20,000 bases of DNA, from the IMG/VR virus record IMGVR_UViG_3300027969_000053. One strand, given 5' to 3'. A program made the translations under genes and the position numbers. Source of the stretch: an uncultured virus (IMG/VR IMGVR_UViG_3300027969_000053) (Duplodnaviria > Heunggongvirae > Uroviricota > Caudoviricetes). Below are positions 17,859 to 20,000 of this stretch, in pieces (positions within the stretch are counted from its first letter, which is position 1; each line of letters begins with the position of its first letter). Below the pieces are notes generated by a model. That model saw only the letters and a list, made by a program, of their open reading frames with translations, searched no databases and had not been told where the DNA came from.

Positions 17859-18938
17859 ATGACTGCTACAATTGCTACACGTTCTGATAATAATGTCTGG
17901 GAACAGTTTTGTTCTTGGATTACTTCTACCGACAACCGTCTTTATGTTGGTTGGTTCGGTGTTCTACTTATTCCAACAGTTTTAACTGCAACCATCTGCT
18001 TTATTCTTGCTTTTATTGCGGCACCTCCAACAGATCTGGACGGAATTAGGGAAGCAGTATCTGGTTCTCTAATGTATGGCAATAACATTATTAGTGCTTC
18101 AGTAATTCCTAGTTCTAATGCCATAGGATTGCATCTATACCCAATTTGGGAAGCACAATCTCTGGAAGAATGGCTATACAATGGAGGCGAATATCAACTT
18201 ATTGTTTTCCATTTTATGATTGCAATTTATGCTTATATGGGTCGTGAATGGGAACTTTCATATAGGTTGTCAATGCGCCCTTGGATTTGTGTTGCTTATA
18301 GTGCTCCTGTTGCTGCTGCTACTGCTATCTTTCTTGCTTATCCAATTTCACAAGGTTCATTTTCTGATGGATTTCCTTTGGGAATTTCGGGCCAATTTAA
18401 TTTTATGTTAGTCTTTCAGGCAGAGCATAATATTCTTATGAATCCGTTTCATATGTTAGGTGTTGCTGGTGTTTTTGGTGGCGCTTTAGTTTCTGCCACT
18501 CACGGATCACTCGTAACAAGTTCTCTTGTGAGAGAAACTACTGAGGAGGAAAGTCAAAATAAAGGATATAAATTTGGTCAAGAACAAGAAACTTATAATT
18601 TAGTTGCCGCACACGGGTATCTGGGTCGTCTTCTGTTTCAATATGCATCCTTTAATAATAGTCGTTCATTGCACTTTGTGATGGCTGCACTACCTGTTAT
18701 TGGTATTTGGTTTGCTGCTTGTGGAATTTTTATGTCTGGTTTTAATCTCAACGGTCTAAATTATGTTCATAGTATCCAAGATAACCAAATGAGAACAATT
18801 CCTACTTGGGCGGACGTATTGAACCGGGCAAATTTGGGAATTGAAACAATTCACGAAAGAAATAGCCATCAGTTTCCATTAGATTTGGCATTTTCTGCTG
18901 GTTCGGAAATTGCACTTATTGCACCTTCAGTTGGTTGA
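17859..18938 (+). CDS. psbA: Photosystem II reaction centre protein D1, intronless and highly divergent
   Basis: 359 aa, colinear with standard D1 numbering. D61, H118, E130, Y161, D170, E189, H190, H198, H215, H252, S264, H272, H332, E333, H337, D342 and A344 are all present. Confidence 0.98.
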   Translation: MTATIATRSDNNVWEQFCSWITSTDNRLYVGWFGVLLIPTVLTATICFILAFIAAPPTDLDGIREAVSGSLMYGNNIISASVIPSSNAIGLHLYPIWEAQSLEEWLYNGGEYQLIVFHFMIAIYAYMGREWELSYRLSMRPWICVAYSAPVAAATAIFLAYPISQGSFSDGFPLGISGQFNFMLVFQAEHNILMNPFHMLGVAGVFGGALVSATHGSLVTSSLVRETTEEESQNKGYKFGQEQETYNLVAAHGYLGRLLFQYASFNNSRSLHFVMAALPVIGIWFAACGIFMSGFNLNGLNYVHSIQDNQMRTIPTWADVLNRANLGIETIHERNSHQFPLDLAFSAGSEIALIAPSVG

Positions 18939-18963
18939 TAAAAAACTGAATATATGATAAATG

Positions 18964-18991
18964 AAGAGACCCATCAAAGGGTCTCTTTTTT
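18964..18991 (+). terminator. Rho-independent terminator of psbA
   Basis: AAGAGACCC-ATCAAA-GGGTCTCTT followed by TTTT. Confidence 0.85.
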
Positions 18992-18993
18992 GT

Positions 18994-19000
18994 CTAAATA
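18994..19000 (+). promoter_or_regulatory. Putative T4-like late promoter for the endonuclease gene
   Basis: CTAAATA immediately after the psbA terminator and 26 nt before the ATG at 19027. Confidence 0.5.
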
Positions 19001-19026
19001 TTTAAAATTAATCAACTTAAAAATAA

Positions 19027-19479
19027 ATGAAAGAATTAGAAAGGAAATGTAGAGACTGTGGTTTAATTAAATCAATTGCTGAATATTATAGAACAACTTA
19101 TAAGAAAAAGGAATGTTATCATACTAATTGCAAATCTTGTTATATTAAAAGAAATCAGGAAAGATATGACCCAATAAAACAAAGAGATAATAATTTAAAA
19201 CGTTTATATGGAAAGCAATTTGGAATTGATGAATATAATAAACTTCTAGAGAAGCAAGATTTTAAATGTGCTATATGCAAAACTACTGAAATTAAGGGTA
19301 GAAAAACTGGTAGAGGGGGGCAGATAGAAGTTTTTTATGTAGACCACGATCATAAGACGGGAAAAGTTCGTGGATTGCTTTGTAATATATGCAATAGAAC
19401 TATGGGTTATGTTGGTGAAAATTCTGGAGTGTTGGAAGAAATGATTAAATACCTACAAAAACACCAACCCACACCTTGA
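19027..19479 (+). CDS. Endonuclease VII-family free-standing (homing) endonuclease, F-CphI-like
   Basis: N-terminal CxxC...CxxC; Q..KCAIC, VDHDHKTGKVRGLLCNICNRTMG EndoVII signature; directly downstream of psbA. Confidence 0.85.
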   Translation: MKELERKCRDCGLIKSIAEYYRTTYKKKECYHTNCKSCYIKRNQERYDPIKQRDNNLKRLYGKQFGIDEYNKLLEKQDFKCAICKTTEIKGRKTGRGGQIEVFYVDHDHKTGKVRGLLCNICNRTMGYVGENSGVLEEMIKYLQKHQPTP

Positions 19480-19505
19480 CACCACCCCCCAAAAACTGCT
19501 ATAAT
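19476..19505 (+). promoter_or_regulatory. sigma70 (early-type) promoter
   Basis: TTGACA (19476-19481), 18 nt spacer, TGcTATAAT (-10 at 19500-19505); overlaps the endonuclease stop codon. Confidence 0.75.
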
Positions 19506-19528
19506 ACTCACAACGTCGCAAACACATT

Positions 19529-19753
19529 ATGAAACAACTCACATCCGAACAAATCAAAACTCTGGAAGATGCCTTTGCAAGTTATCCGGAGGACTATAAC
19601 TCAGATACTAAGTATGCAAATATGAATAGTATTCAAGAACAACTAGATGGACTTAAAGGAGAACCTGGAGATATTTTTTATATCTCTAAAGTAACTATGG
19701 TTGATAAAATAAATCTACCCAAATTTACAATAGAAAGAATGAAAGTACTTTAA
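19529..19753 (+). CDS. Hypothetical protein, 74 aa
   Basis: ORF bracketed by its own promoter and terminator; no recognisable motif. Confidence 0.65.
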   Translation: MKQLTSEQIKTLEDAFASYPEDYNSDTKYANMNSIQEQLDGLKGEPGDIFYISKVTMVDKINLPKFTIERMKVL

Positions 19754-19762
19754 AATAAATAG

Positions 19763-19789
19763 AGGAGTTCCACAAGAACTCCTTTTTTT
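19763..19789 (+). terminator. Rho-independent terminator, preceded by ATAAATA (19755-19761)
   Basis: AGGAGTTC-CACAA-GAACTCCT followed by a T-run. Confidence 0.8.
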
Positions 19790-19855
19790 ATGCTCCTCAT
19801 CCTCCTGTTCTTCCAGTTATTCGGAGTGTTCCTCTTTCTAATGTCTCTACTATAA
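19790..19855 (+). CDS. Possible 21-aa hydrophobic microprotein MLLILLFFQLFGVFLFLMSLL
   Basis: ATG...TAA frame, almost entirely hydrophobic, downstream of a late-promoter-like ATAAATA. Confidence 0.4.
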   Translation: MLLILLFFQLFGVFLFLMSLL

Positions 19856-19877
19856 ATCCCCCAAGAAGTATTACAAA

Positions 19878-20000
19878 TTGTCTTATCTAAATCATAACTT
19901 ACCTGATTGGAGTTGTTACATTCGTAATGAGTTTCTATATAATCACAAAAAAGGACAAGGTGAAGTTACAAAATGTGATGTTCACTCTGTCGCAAGTATG
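19878..20000 (+). CDS. Hypothetical phage protein, 3'-truncated (TTG start; (M)SYLNHNLPDWSCYIRNEFLYNHKKGQGEVTKCDVHSVASM...)
   Basis: Open frame to the window end with protein-like composition; resembles the N-terminus of a conserved cyanomyovirus hypothetical (recalled, not searched). Confidence 0.6.
   Translation, partial: MSYLNHNLPDWSCYIRNEFLYNHKKGQGEVTKCDVHSVASM

Noticed and set aside
1941..18411. Short alternative-frame + strand ORFs (1941, 5296, 8026, 8952, 10623, 12601, 14742, 17098, 18220)
   Set aside because: They are nested in or largely overlap recognised genes and show no independent signals.
17859..18938. psbA as a pseudogene, a true rogue D1 or ChlF, or an intron-containing gene
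   Set aside because: The frame is uninterrupted and colinear, all Mn-cluster ligands are present, and no insertion is seen.
19868..19991. Repeated (G)TTACA motifs (RpaB/HLR1-like half-sites) and an imperfect hairpin near 19955-19991
   Set aside because: They lack the tandem HLR1 spacing and lie mostly inside the probable CDS starting at 19878.
1..20000. CRISPR arrays, tRNAs, rRNAs, IS elements
   Set aside because: No regular repeats, cloverleaf structures or transposase motifs were seen; the few intergenic spaces are explained by promoters, terminators and the leader.

Overview
AT-rich window that almost certainly comes from a T4-like cyanomyovirus (Kyanoviridae-type), judged by hli + psbA + endonuclease VII gene, sigma70-type promoters and (A/C)TAAATA late-promoter motifs. 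All credible genes are on the + strand. Positions 1-17029 are a tightly coupled island of 22 genes for nucleotide-sugar synthesis and glycosylation: cytidylyltransferase, RmlB, GDP-mannose epimerase-like, Gmd, two more SDR epimerases, two methyltransferases, a HAD phosphatase, a PfkB kinase, an NTP-transferase-RpiB fusion, a cupin, a GDPD-like protein, and GT11, GT6, two GT4, GT25 and several putative glycosyltransferases. Positions 17026-20000 are a photosynthesis module: two hli genes, three unannotated hydrophobic micro-ORFs, a structured 5' leader, an intronless psbA and an F-CphI-like endonuclease. The standout is the psbA. It keeps every Mn4CaO5 ligand and core redox residue, yet carries roughly 35 substitutions at positions normally near-invariant. 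These include the QB pocket, the ChlD1 environment, both classical psbA PCR-primer sites and the region targeted by F-CphI. Family calls come from motifs recognised by eye and reference sequences recalled from memory; no searches were run.
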